A stretch of DNA of 64,000 nt from Leptospira sp. (GTDB lineage: Bacteria > Spirochaetota > Leptospiria > Leptospirales > Leptospiraceae). The stretch spans positions 96,566 to 160,565 of the forward strand of contig JAWXAQ010000036.1 of assembly GCA_034439575.1 (NCBI GenBank), read 5' to 3'. Position 1 is the first letter of the stretch. Each line of letters starts with the position of its first letter. Position numbers and translations under genes: made by a program. The notes under the pieces were generated by a model. That model had not been told where the DNA came from. It did not search any database and saw nothing but the letters and a program-made list of their open reading frames with translations. Positions 30,244 to 39,944 of the stretch are shown piece after piece.

Positions 30244-31458
30244 CTATGGCACCACTTCTGTCCAATTAGTAAAGTCGGTGGACTTAAAATACTTTTGAGT
30301 GGATGTTCCACTTGTAGTTGATCCATAAACAAAAACAGTGTTGTTTAAGGAACCAATTTGCTGACTAGGTGATAATCCACTTGGAAGGGAAATGGTTCCT
30401 TGGCTGGACCATGTAGACCCGTTATCCGATGAGGAATGCGCAGTATATGTAGTCGGGTTGGAACTAGAACTTGATCCGATTGCTTTTAATATACCTGAAA
30501 AATTGCCAATCCAATTGTAACTGCCCGTTGGCGCACCCGATTGGGTTGCTGTTGTTTCCCCCGTGACATTGGCACCTGCCCAAGTGCTTGGATCGGTTGC
30601 CGTATAACGGATTGCACTACCAGAACTGTAAATCGTCCGACCACTAGAGTAGATAATACTTCCCTTGGTGCCTCCATTGGAAGTTACTGCAGAGGTAAAT
30701 CCAGATCCGTTCCAGCGATAGTATATGTCCGCCACTAAAATACCATTGAGAAGATCAATGACACCTCCAGATGAGGTGTTAGTTGCGACACCATTTGCAC
30801 AAACCCACGAACTTCCGTTATTTCCTGTTCCACAATATTTATGTGTGGTGCTCGAAGTCCCAAAGCTAAAAACAAAACCATTGCTAGATGCGGCAGAGAA
30901 TAATGTGTTACTTGCTTGATAGTATGTAGATGATAGATTGCTTTCAGAAATTTCTACAAATGAAAGATCATTAACTGTCGCACCTGAAGCAAAATAAAAT
31001 TTATGATCGGTGACTGAGCTCAGAGAGAAATTCTCACCTCTGATACCAGATTGTTTCAGTGCTAATGCGTAAATCGTCGAACCTGATTTAGCAACAGAAA
31101 CAATATTACAATCAGTATAGGTTGATCCATTGGAATTCCCATTGACTGCTGTACAATTTGGCAGAGTAAAAGTCTTTTTTGTAAATGTATTTCCATCAGT
31201 GGATTCGTATAGAGAAAGAGAATTCCCAACAGCAAATAACGATCCTCCCGAAGATTTGAAACCACGTGGTACAGTGCCACTACCACCACTGCTTGTAGTT
31301 GATAAAACACCAGGAAGGATATAGTAGATGAGTGCATACGTTGGATTGGAAAGTGCCGAATATGTATCAATCACTTTTAGTTCATCATTTCTACATTGAA
31401 GTAATGTGAGTGAAAGAATGAGACTTAGAATTATTTTGATTTTGAAAGTAGGTTTCAT
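30244..31458 (-). CDS. Ser/Thr/Gly-rich surface lipoprotein with Asp-box (BNR)-like repeats
   Basis: Lipobox LLQC; YESTDGNTF, GNNGSSW, SSDNGSTW, KSTDFTNW. Confidence 0.7.
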   Translation of the reverse strand: MKPTFKIKIILSLILSLTLLQCRNDELKVIDTYSALSNPTYALIYYILPGVLSTTSSGGSGTVPRGFKSSGGSLFAVGNSLSLYESTDGNTFTKKTFTLPNCTAVNGNSNGSTYTDCNIVSVAKSGSTIYALALKQSGIRGENFSLSSVTDHKFYFASGATVNDLSFVEISESNLSSTYYQASNTLFSAASSNGFVFSFGTSSTTHKYCGTGNNGSSWVCANGVATNTSSGGVIDLLNGILVADIYYRWNGSGFTSAVTSNGGTKGSIIYSSGRTIYSSGSAIRYTATDPSTWAGANVTGETTATQSGAPTGSYNWIGNFSGILKAIGSSSSSNPTTYTAHSSSDNGSTWSSQGTISLPSGLSPSQQIGSLNNTVFVYGSTTSGTSTQKYFKSTDFTNWTEVVP

Positions 31459-31467
31459 GTGTTTTCC

Positions 31468-32865
31468 CTAATATGTATAAGTAAGCGTTAGGTTCAATTT
31501 GTGTTCGTTTTGCAATTGGTTACCGACTATGGTTACTGGTTGCAAAGAGTAATCAGGAATGATACGAACAGTTCCAACTTGATTGAAACTCTTTCCAGAA
31601 AAGAAATAGGCATCGATCAAATTGAATGCCCAAAAAACTCCGTATAAGGACCAAGCCTGGTTTCGTTTTTGCACTGCGGATTCAAAGGCGGCTTTCGCTT
31701 CTCCTTGGTAGATCTCAGATAACACAACACGAGCGGTTAGATTTTCTGTGGCACTTGTTGTAGCAGTTGTGAGACCAAGAGTTGGTGTAAGTAATGGTAA
31801 ACCAACCACTGATAAATATCCATCGCGTTTGTATTTGGAATAACTTGTCTGGACAGTCTGTTCTGTGCTGACCACATAACCGAAAATACCGAGCGCTCCC
31901 GCCATCCAAGAATAGCCTTTGACTTTATCACCGCCATAGACCTGACCCCAACCTGGAACGAATACTGACCGGAGCAAACGTGCGCTAGGTTTTGTAGGTC
32001 GGACAAAATTATTATCACTTTTATCCCCACCATAGGTCCCTTCATTCCAACTATCTGCGGAAAAGTATGAGCTAATGGCATCTACTAGAAGTAAGGTGCC
32101 CAATATACCTGCGGCTGTGGTTTGTTGGTTCGCAAGTTGCGCTTTAGCTTTATTGTTCCCAACTTGCTCGGCTATAGTGCGACCACTGAGCCCCGATTCA
32201 TAACCGTAGGCATTTTGAAAATTGGAAACAAGAAGTCCTAAGGATGATAAAGATGAAGTATTGGCGGAAGTTGTTGTGGAGCCAGTATTCACCGTCCGAG
32301 TCCCAAAGGAATAGGATAGAATATCAAATGCATCAATTTGATGGGCAGTTTTTTTGGCAGAAATTACATCCAAAAAGTTAAATAAGGCGATGGTTTCCAG
32401 CACACTGAAAGTAATCGCAGTCTTTGTGTTTTCTGTTTTGTAATGCCCAGAATACCCTGGAATGAGGCCTCTACCAAAATTGCCCCATGGACTGATCATG
32501 TCTTCCTCAGCGCGAGGTGTGAACTCATCCCCTCGTTCAGTGGCTACAGCTACTCTTGCCTTTTCCTCTTCAGCCTCTTTGGCAAGTTCTTCCGCCGTTG
32601 GCCCAGTTGTACCTATCACTGGTACAGCCTGTTTCCACTGAACAGCGATTACCTTGAGCGATTTAATCTCAGATTTGGAAAGATTTTCTGTTTTTCCATT
32701 CTCGTATTTGAGACGAACACTTGTTTTTTCAATGTTTGATTTTACATTTTCAATGGTTTTTCCATTTTTGAGCAAAACCCTATCTGCATAGATAGTTGAG
32801 TTTTTGGCGAGGAATGGAAAAATTAAAAATAGAAGTGTAATGTATCTTAGTGGGACATGTTTCAT
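31468..32865 (-). CDS. Exported/membrane protein with two PGxG(Q/H)-type (DUF5683-like) units
   Basis: Signal peptide, ADRVLLKNGK N-domain, GLIPGYSGHYK and SVFVPGWGQVY, C-terminal LNLTLTYTY. Confidence 0.65.
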   Translation of the reverse strand: MKHVPLRYITLLFLIFPFLAKNSTIYADRVLLKNGKTIENVKSNIEKTSVRLKYENGKTENLSKSEIKSLKVIAVQWKQAVPVIGTTGPTAEELAKEAEEEKARVAVATERGDEFTPRAEEDMISPWGNFGRGLIPGYSGHYKTENTKTAITFSVLETIALFNFLDVISAKKTAHQIDAFDILSYSFGTRTVNTGSTTTSANTSSLSSLGLLVSNFQNAYGYESGLSGRTIAEQVGNNKAKAQLANQQTTAAGILGTLLLVDAISSYFSADSWNEGTYGGDKSDNNFVRPTKPSARLLRSVFVPGWGQVYGGDKVKGYSWMAGALGIFGYVVSTEQTVQTSYSKYKRDGYLSVVGLPLLTPTLGLTTATTSATENLTARVVLSEIYQGEAKAAFESAVQKRNQAWSLYGVFWAFNLIDAYFFSGKSFNQVGTVRIIPDYSLQPVTIVGNQLQNEHKLNLTLTYTY

Positions 32866-33704
32866 GAATCCATCCTTCGACGAACCACCTATGATTCGAC
32901 ATACGGCATCATATTATAAAATTCTGATGAGATTGTAAATACCCTGAACAGGTGATATGGGTAGAGGGTTACAAGGTTTTTTTAATTCGATTCAATAGAT
33001 ACAAAAGCCAATTTGTCTTGAAAAACCAACTTTTGGATTTGGCCTTCTTTATGAATCATTTCTTATATCTTTTTGGAAAAAACTGGAATTCCTAATTTCG
33101 CTAACTTATTCTATTCCTCTGTTTCATATTTAATATCCCCTTTTGTAAATATAAAGAAATCCATTGACCAATTTCGTAAAAATAACGCATGTATGGTGAT
33201 AGAATTGCCATACATAAACAAGGCAGTTTTTCAGTAAATTTCCACTTGCAAATATATTCAATTAGTTAATAACTTCATTGAGTATATATTAGTTTAATTT
33301 AATATTATTATAGTGCTTATATAAATAAATAAATGCAGGTTATGTCAATATCTTTATATGCAGAAACATTTTTAGAAATAAAGCTTAATCTTAATTTAAC
33401 GATCACTTTCTTAATGCGATCTACTTCACTTAAAATAGATTTTTCAGGTAAATCAAATGCTTTATCTAATATTTCTTTTTGCTAATGACTCTGCTCGGAA
33501 ATGACAGAAGGAATTGTTTCCAGTTTTGCCGAGAATGGAATGTGTTGCGAAACTACATCCTCCTAGATATACCTTCGCAAACTCTCATCAATCAATTAGG
33601 ATAACAGGCCTAAAACGAAACTCAACTAAATTTAGAAAACTATTTGACAATTAGTATGAGTTTTTTCATTTTCGAATTTCCAAAACAATATACGATTCAA
33701 ACCT

Positions 33705-34124
33705 TTATTGATTGCCAGAATATTTTTCTGCTTCTTCGCAGTCAGGAATAGAAACCTTCTCTTTGGCACCTTTAAATGTTTCGCAAGATAATTTTTCTAG
33801 TGCTGTGATACATTTTTCAAAAGCTAATACCTGATTTGCGGATACTTCTTGTTTCTCTTCTTTTCTTTTTTTCTCTGCATCTTTCATCTTTTCATCAAAA
33901 TAAGCGATACACTTGTCTTCTGATTGCATAAAGGCAGGGATCATATTTTTGTATTGAGGCGGAATTTTTGCAAATTCATCTTTAGTACATTCAATGGTTT
34001 TGGAACACATTGCTTTCTGAAATTTCGGAACCAGTTCAGTCAATTTCGCTTCTGGTGATTTGTTACATGCGATGGTAACAAGTAGTGCAAAAAGTACGAT
34101 CAGTGATTTTTGTAGAGTGGGCAT
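33705..34124 (-). CDS. Small Cys-rich leptospiral lipoprotein
   Basis: Lipobox TIAC; six further Cys in a helical domain; GGAG RBS. Confidence 0.75.
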   Translation of the reverse strand: MPTLQKSLIVLFALLVTIACNKSPEAKLTELVPKFQKAMCSKTIECTKDEFAKIPPQYKNMIPAFMQSEDKCIAYFDEKMKDAEKKRKEEKQEVSANQVLAFEKCITALEKLSCETFKGAKEKVSIPDCEEAEKYSGNQ

Positions 34125-34709
34125 AATTGCTCCTAGATTCTGTTTTTGTCATTGATCACAGATTTATATAGATTGGGAAATAATTTTATTTGAAACACAT
34201 AGGTATCTGAGAAGGATTTCCACATTTTCTTTTTACTTCTTCGTGTTGATCTAGGAGATTAAGTTGCAACTGGGTTCAAGTATTTCAAGTTTTGAGTTCA
34301 TTGCCCTCACTCACCAATTCAAAATTTCAGTTTGCTTGTATCGTCGCTATTATGATCGCTGCGGATTAATACCTGGTGTGGGTAAAACGAAAAAGGTAAT
34401 TCGAAGTAGAATTGAGAATTAAAAAAGAAAATAATAGCCCGCCTGTCTAGTGTGAGTTGAAAATTTATTTAGTTTTCGGTGCCAACAATCGACGTTCTTA
34501 TTACCTGTTCTACACTCACAAATAAGCTGATTATTGTTACGCGTGAAGGAATAGTTATGCGACATGAGCTAAAACAAATTTAATCCATATTCCTACCCAA
34601 GAGACTATTTTCGATGAATGCTCTAAATTCCTCAATTCAAAATAAATGAATACTCTTTATAGATGCGAGTGAATTGAATATACAAGTATACCTTATAACA
34701 AAAACCACC

Positions 34710-34732
34710 TTGTGACTAAATTCTAGTTGCAA
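34710..34732. promoter_or_regulatory. Putative HicB autoregulatory operator
   Basis: TTGTGACTA-AATTC-TAGTTGCAA imperfect inverted repeat 30 bp upstream of hicA. Confidence 0.5.
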
Positions 34733-34762
34733 GATTTAAATGCTACTCTAGATTGTATCTAA

Positions 34763-35023
34763 GTGTCAAAAAAAGAAAAACTTTTAAGTCGGCTATTATC
34801 GAAGCCAAAAGATTTTACTTACGATGAACTCAGAACAATTCTGCGAAGTTTTGAATATAAAGAAGATAATTCAGGAAAATCATCAGGATCAAGAGTTGCC
34901 TGGATACAAGAAAAGGGAAAGCATGTGATTCGACTTCATAAACCACACCATGGGAATATTTTAAAAGCATACCAGATTAACCAAATAATAGAGGAACTAA
35001 AATCTGAAGGATATATAGAATGA
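34763..35023 (+). CDS. hicA: HicA toxin
   Basis: GKSSGSRV...IRLHKPH...LKAYQI. Confidence 0.9.
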   Translation: MSKKEKLLSRLLSKPKDFTYDELRTILRSFEYKEDNSGKSSGSRVAWIQEKGKHVIRLHKPHHGNILKAYQINQIIEELKSEGYIE

Positions 35024-35373
35024 AAGATTTATTAGAATATAAAGGGTATCTAGGTTCAGTACATTTTGACTCGGAAGATGAGGTATTCTATGGAAAAATT
35101 GAAGGCATAGAAGATTTAATATCTTTCGAAGGCAAATCTGTTTCTGAAATCAAAAAAGCATTTATTGAATCAGTTCAAGATTATCTAGAATTATGTAAAA
35201 AAGCAGGTAAAGATCCTGAGAAATCGTTTAAAGGATCCTTTAATGTAAGAATTCCAACTGAACTTCATAGAAAAGCTTATCGTAAGTCTTTAATTGAAGG
35301 AATTTCATTAAATCAACTTGTCCAGAAGGCAATTGAAAAGGAAATAAAAGAAAAAAGAGCTCACGTCGCATAA
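35020..35373 (+). CDS. hicB: HicB antitoxin
   Basis: LEYKGYLGSV...SVQDYL...PEKSFKGSFNVRIP...SLNQLV; ATGA overlap with hicA. Confidence 0.92.
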   Translation: MKDLLEYKGYLGSVHFDSEDEVFYGKIEGIEDLISFEGKSVSEIKKAFIESVQDYLELCKKAGKDPEKSFKGSFNVRIPTELHRKAYRKSLIEGISLNQLVQKAIEKEIKEKRAHVA

Positions 35374-35532
35374 CTGCGGTTCACACGCTCCGCTCGAGAC
35401 ACTCGCCCTCGCTCGGCCTAAAGCCACATTGTCCTCCGTCACGCTTCTTACTCTGCAAGAAAACGAGCTGACGCTAACGCCTGCACAGCAGGCTCAGCTA
35501 CGGACAACGTCGTGTAGCCTAGTTCGATATGC
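35368..35532 (+). repeat. attC-like long imperfect palindrome (integron-cassette-type recombination site)
   Basis: Begins GCATAAC (RYYYAAC-like) over the hicB stop; GC-rich 165 bp; ends GATATGC, one change from GTTATGC. Confidence 0.6.
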
Positions 35533-35658
35533 GAAGAAGTTATCTAAGGCTGTTGTATCGATAAATTTTGGAATCGAGGTTATTTTTAAAACTTGCAGGT
35601 TCGGAAAAATTAGTTTTTCATTAATTATTCTAAGTTTGATTCTTCCTGGAAATACACG

Positions 35659-36537
35659 ATGAAGAAAATTATTATTTTATCTATCTTACCTGTTCTAAAC
35701 TTTTCAGTGCTTCTTGCAAATGATACTGCTCAATACACACCAGAGCAAGCCAATTGGAATTCATTTCAAACCAAACCACTGGCTGCGGGCAACACTGGCC
35801 ATGATCCAGATAGCGTAACATGGATTACGAAAGCACAATGGGATGCTTCGAAATGGGATGGAAAAACGATCTATGATCCAACGAAGATGACTAAGGCTCA
35901 GTTTTTTGCAGCACTTTGTCCAAGTGCAGATCGAGTTCGTGGAATCAGGGAAGTATTTTATAAGCACAATCCTTTCAAGGATAATAAAAATCCAAGTAAA
36001 GCCGAAGTGGATGAATGGCATAGAATTGCGATCAATCATGTTAGAGCATTGGTTGGATATTCAAGTTTAGACAGACAAGTTCAAAAAGATCAATGTATGT
36101 TCAAACGTGCTCACTGGGGAGACGAAAGAAAATTCACAACCAAATGGGATATAAAATATCCAGGAGCACTCGGTTCTGCTTCTGGCCCCTGCCAAGGCTC
36201 AACCAATGCACATTGTGGAGCCAGTTTTATCCCAACCGCAGAAGACCAAGCGCCTTACATCGGTGATACGAAATTAGTCTGCACAGCTCAAGCTGGCGCT
36301 GAAGGTGTTTTTAGTGCACCGAAGTCAAACATTCCTTGGTCACTCAAATGGTCTCGTGGATTTTGTAATACACTTGCCGCGGAAGGTTTTTGGGGAGGGC
36401 ATACAGGTCCTTGGTTTCATCGTGAGAAGTTTGGTTTTAGTTTTTGGGATAAGGATTCAAATACTAACAATAGTATCGCAATTTTAAGGGCAAAATGGTC
36501 TGGAAAACTGATGCCAAGTCTATATAAAAAACCTTAA
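35659..36537 (+). CDS. Secreted Trp/Cys/His-rich protein of unknown function
   Basis: Sec signal MKKIIILS...LLA; 292 aa intact ORF. Confidence 0.75.
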   Translation: MKKIIILSILPVLNFSVLLANDTAQYTPEQANWNSFQTKPLAAGNTGHDPDSVTWITKAQWDASKWDGKTIYDPTKMTKAQFFAALCPSADRVRGIREVFYKHNPFKDNKNPSKAEVDEWHRIAINHVRALVGYSSLDRQVQKDQCMFKRAHWGDERKFTTKWDIKYPGALGSASGPCQGSTNAHCGASFIPTAEDQAPYIGDTKLVCTAQAGAEGVFSAPKSNIPWSLKWSRGFCNTLAAEGFWGGHTGPWFHREKFGFSFWDKDSNTNNSIAILRAKWSGKLMPSLYKKP

Positions 36538-36678
36538 TTACATTTGATTTCCTCTATCATATTAAAGTTTATGCATCTAAATCAGTTATTTCTCTTTAGC
36601 CTTTGAATAATCCGCATAACAAAATTTCAATCAGTCATTCAGGTCATAATGTCCATTCCTTCATACTTACCTAAGATA

Positions 36679-36957
36679 TTATGGTAAGTAAGTGCAACCA
36701 TCGTCGAACTTATTTTCGTCGAAAAGGCAAGCACCGCCAAAGTTAACTCCAAGGATTTGACAATTTCTGAATCGCTGTGCAATACAGATTTTTATCTGCG
36801 TTTTGAAATATTCTGTGGTTGTGGTTTCGTAGGGATGGTTTAAATCCAGTTTGCATGCTAAGGGAAGTAAAAAAAATAAACCAATGAAAAATAGTAAACT
36901 AATGTCTGTTTTACGCACATTAGAAATCTCATTCGTTCCTTTTTGTAGAGGTAACAT
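36679..36957 (-). CDS. Small putative lipoprotein
   Basis: Hydrophobic stretch ending LPLAC; C-terminal ACLFDENKFDDGC. Confidence 0.55.
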   Translation of the reverse strand: MLPLQKGTNEISNVRKTDISLLFFIGLFFLLPLACKLDLNHPYETTTTEYFKTQIKICIAQRFRNCQILGVNFGGACLFDENKFDDGCTYLP

Positions 36958-36976
36958 TATTTTTTAGTTCAAAAGA

Positions 36977-37543
36977 TCAATTCTTTCGCATACAATAAGT
37001 TAGTGCAACGTTTTTTGGGCGAGATTCGTTAGCAATTCGTGGTGTTCCGTTACTACCATCTGAGACGATAGATGTTGTAGGTAAGCCGATTCCTCCCACA
37101 CCGTTAGTATTGATTCCAGTTCCGCCAGCAGAAGTACCATCCACTGTGTGTTGGTGCCCCTGAAATGCATCTGTTTGGAGATTACCGATACTCCGACTAC
37201 CGCTCGGATCGTTCCCTGCAGTTCCCGTTCCAATATTGTCACGACCACGTACAAAAAGTCCTCGCAGATCGGGTGTCCCGTTAGTTCCATCAGCTGGCGC
37301 CCATCCCTCAGGACAAGTATCCAGATAAAAGGGAGCAACTAGACCCTCGGGTGCAGCAATTGTAAAGTTTAAATTGATCTTGGAGGAACTTAAGGATTCG
37401 CCAGAAGAGAATACTTTCATAGCAGTGGCAGCTGCAAAAAGACTAGTAGTAAGTAAGAGTCCAAGACTAATGCCTACTCCTTTAAAAAATCCGCTTTTAA
37501 CCCCATCGAGATAACGGGCGTCAGGTGGGCGATTTGGTTTCAT
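36977..37543 (-). CDS. Phage tail-collar-domain protein with N-terminal hydrophobic leader
   Basis: CPEGWAPADG...TPDLRGLFVRG, QTDAFQGHQH, ESRPKNVALTYCMR. Confidence 0.8.
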   Translation of the reverse strand: MKPNRPPDARYLDGVKSGFFKGVGISLGLLLTTSLFAAATAMKVFSSGESLSSSKINLNFTIAAPEGLVAPFYLDTCPEGWAPADGTNGTPDLRGLFVRGRDNIGTGTAGNDPSGSRSIGNLQTDAFQGHQHTVDGTSAGGTGINTNGVGGIGLPTTSIVSDGSNGTPRIANESRPKNVALTYCMRKN

Positions 37544-37712
37544 CTCTTGATATACTGAATGTTTTTCGAACGTTCGGTCAAGAAAATATTTTTGAAAAAA
37601 CCACTGAATTTGGCAACGATTTGTCTTAGAGATATTTGCTACACAATCCCAATTTTTTTGTTATGAGTTTGCATGTATGCTATGAGCAATACGATTTGAA
37701 GAGTGACAATTT

Positions 37713-37797
37713 GCGTCCCAGTTCCTTTGTGAGGTAATGTTTGAGACCACGTAACAAGCATTCAACGCCATATAAAAGGAGTGCGTTCCATTACGGA
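37713..37797 (-). pseudogene. mreB: Degraded fragment of a diverged mreB 3' region
   Basis: 37726-37760 matches 45567-45601 at 29/35 nt; 37778-37797 matches 45657-45676 at 19/20 nt; reads CLLRGLKHYLTKE and SVMERTP. Confidence 0.8.
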
Positions 37798-37846
37798 ATA
37801 CTATCTAGGATTTCCACATCTGTTTTATATTTGAAAAATACTTTTA

Positions 37847-39784
37847 TCAAACAAAAATTTTAATTTTATTCTCGAAATTGCGAATATAATTTATCATTTC
37901 ATTTTTGGTAATGGGTTTAGACCAAAAGTAACCTTGAGCCATATCACATTTCATCTCGGCGAGTTTATCTCTGGTATACTTATCTTCAACACCTTCTGCA
38001 ATCGTTTTTATTCCCATACTAGATGCCATTTGAATGATTGCTTTCACGATGGCTTCATCTTGACTATTTTCACTCATTTTGTAAATAAATGATTGATCAA
38101 TTTTAAGAATCTCGACTTGAAATTTTTTAATGTATCCGAGATTGGAATATCCGGTTCCAAAATCATCTATGGAAAATTTTATCCCTAAATTTCGTAATCT
38201 AAAGAGAGCATCCATCAACACATGTGAATCATCAATTAAAATAGATTCTGTCATTTCGATTTCTAAATATTGCGGTTGTAATCCTGAATTGGATAGAGCG
38301 TTTATTACAATCTCTTCAATGTTTCCGCGTTTAAACTGAATTGCAGAAACATTTACAGCTACAGAAAGTTCAGTATAACCTAAGTCATGCCACAATTTAC
38401 ATTGACGACAAGCTTCACGTAACACCCAATTTCCAATTTCAATTATGAGTCCAAAGGTTTCAGCAATCGGAATAAAATCTAGGGGAGAAACCATTCCATC
38501 TTTCGGATGGTTCCATCTAAGTAGCGCCTCCGCACCTATCAAATTTCCATCATTTAATGATACTTTCGGTTGGTAACAAAGATGGAATTGTTTTTCAATT
38601 ATCGCCGTTCTAAGGTTCTGTATAAGATTTAATTGTTTTTGTGTATTTACATTCATTTTCATGTCATAAAAAACAAATCTATTTTTCGAAGTCGCTTTTG
38701 CCCTTTCTAAAGCAAGATCTGCCTTTTTTAAAAGTGAATTAAAATCGGTATCGTCGTCTGGCGCAATTGCAATTCCTAAAGAACACGTGGTAACATAATC
38801 AATTGATTTTAAGTTAAACGGAATTGTCATTTGATTCATTATTTCAATTGCAACTTCAAACACTATATCCAAATTTTTATGTGAATCAATTATGATTAAA
38901 AATTCATCTGCCCCTAATCTTGCTATCGTATCTGCCTCTCGCATAATGCCTGACAGTCTATGCGCAACTCTAAGTAACAACTCATCTCCAATACTTTGAC
39001 CTAATGAATCATTTATAGTTTGGAAATTGTCTAAATCCAAACTAATGAGTGTTATTTTCTCATTATTCGCTTTTGCATGTAAATATGCTTGTTCAAATCT
39101 ATCCTTAGCAAGAATTCGATTTGGAAGTCCTGTTAGAATGTCATGGTTTACGATATGATCCAAGAAAAGAGAGGATCGATTCGCTTTCTTCTTTTCTGCT
39201 ATGGCTCTTTCAATTATGATTCTAAGTTCGTGAATTAAGAACCATATACCTAAAGCAATTGCTAAATAAAGTAAAACCGTATCAGTTATTATTGTATAAT
39301 CCAATTTTCTGATATGATGAACGTAATATCCAGATATATTGGAATAACCTAAAAATAATATAAAACCTATAACATAAGTTAGAATCGCGATGAAAATTAA
39401 ATTCGATCCTAATGTAGCTGCAAATATCAATATGCCGGCAAATGCCAATAATCCAGGATCTCTTAGTCCAGCATCAATCCAAATGAAAAAAGAGAAACTT
39501 AAAGTCAAAATCCAGAGAAGTAAGGTTCTTGCAAAAAAAACCTTTTTTTGGGAAATGAAATAATAAACTAACATTAAAGATACAAATGTTGAACATTTTG
39601 CAATGGTCTCTATCGTTCTAACATAATTGAATGTTGTGATAATTGAAATAGATAACATGGATTCTGCGATCCAAAATAATTGTGACAACTTTCGAATCTG
39701 GAAATTTTCCGGATTGTCGATATCCATATTTTCTGGCATCGACGAAAAGAGGTTCATGATCTTGGAAAATTGCAGATTTTTCAT
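37847..39784 (-). CDS. Membrane GGDEF-EAL protein (likely c-di-GMP phosphodiesterase)
   Basis: TM N-terminus; HDILTGLPNR; RLGADEF; GAEALLRW; DDFGTGYS; AQGYFWSKP. Confidence 0.92.
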   Translation of the reverse strand: MKNLQFSKIMNLFSSMPENMDIDNPENFQIRKLSQLFWIAESMLSISIITTFNYVRTIETIAKCSTFVSLMLVYYFISQKKVFFARTLLLWILTLSFSFFIWIDAGLRDPGLLAFAGILIFAATLGSNLIFIAILTYVIGFILFLGYSNISGYYVHHIRKLDYTIITDTVLLYLAIALGIWFLIHELRIIIERAIAEKKKANRSSLFLDHIVNHDILTGLPNRILAKDRFEQAYLHAKANNEKITLISLDLDNFQTINDSLGQSIGDELLLRVAHRLSGIMREADTIARLGADEFLIIIDSHKNLDIVFEVAIEIMNQMTIPFNLKSIDYVTTCSLGIAIAPDDDTDFNSLLKKADLALERAKATSKNRFVFYDMKMNVNTQKQLNLIQNLRTAIIEKQFHLCYQPKVSLNDGNLIGAEALLRWNHPKDGMVSPLDFIPIAETFGLIIEIGNWVLREACRQCKLWHDLGYTELSVAVNVSAIQFKRGNIEEIVINALSNSGLQPQYLEIEMTESILIDDSHVLMDALFRLRNLGIKFSIDDFGTGYSNLGYIKKFQVEILKIDQSFIYKMSENSQDEAIVKAIIQMASSMGIKTIAEGVEDKYTRDKLAEMKCDMAQGYFWSKPITKNEMINYIRNFENKIKIFV

Positions 39785-39944
39785 AATTAGATATTTGGAT
39801 TAATTCTAGATTTTTTAGACGAAAAAAAAACTTAAAAAAGACGATTCCCATTCCAGTTTACCACTTAGGAAGGTCCTTTGTCTTTACATATCACAATCTA
39901 GAAACCCATGAAAAAGAAGACAATGCAGACAAAATTCCTATATC

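Noticed and set aside
32866-33700. Long AT-rich intergenic region as possible ncRNA or pseudogene
   Set aside because: No riboswitch consensus or recognisable protein fragment that I can support
35429-35662. 77-aa ORF after hicB
   Set aside because: Mostly overlaps the attC-like palindrome; no RBS or motif
36977-37543. Prophage call based on the tail-collar gene
   Set aside because: No integrase, terminase, capsid or other phage genes in the window
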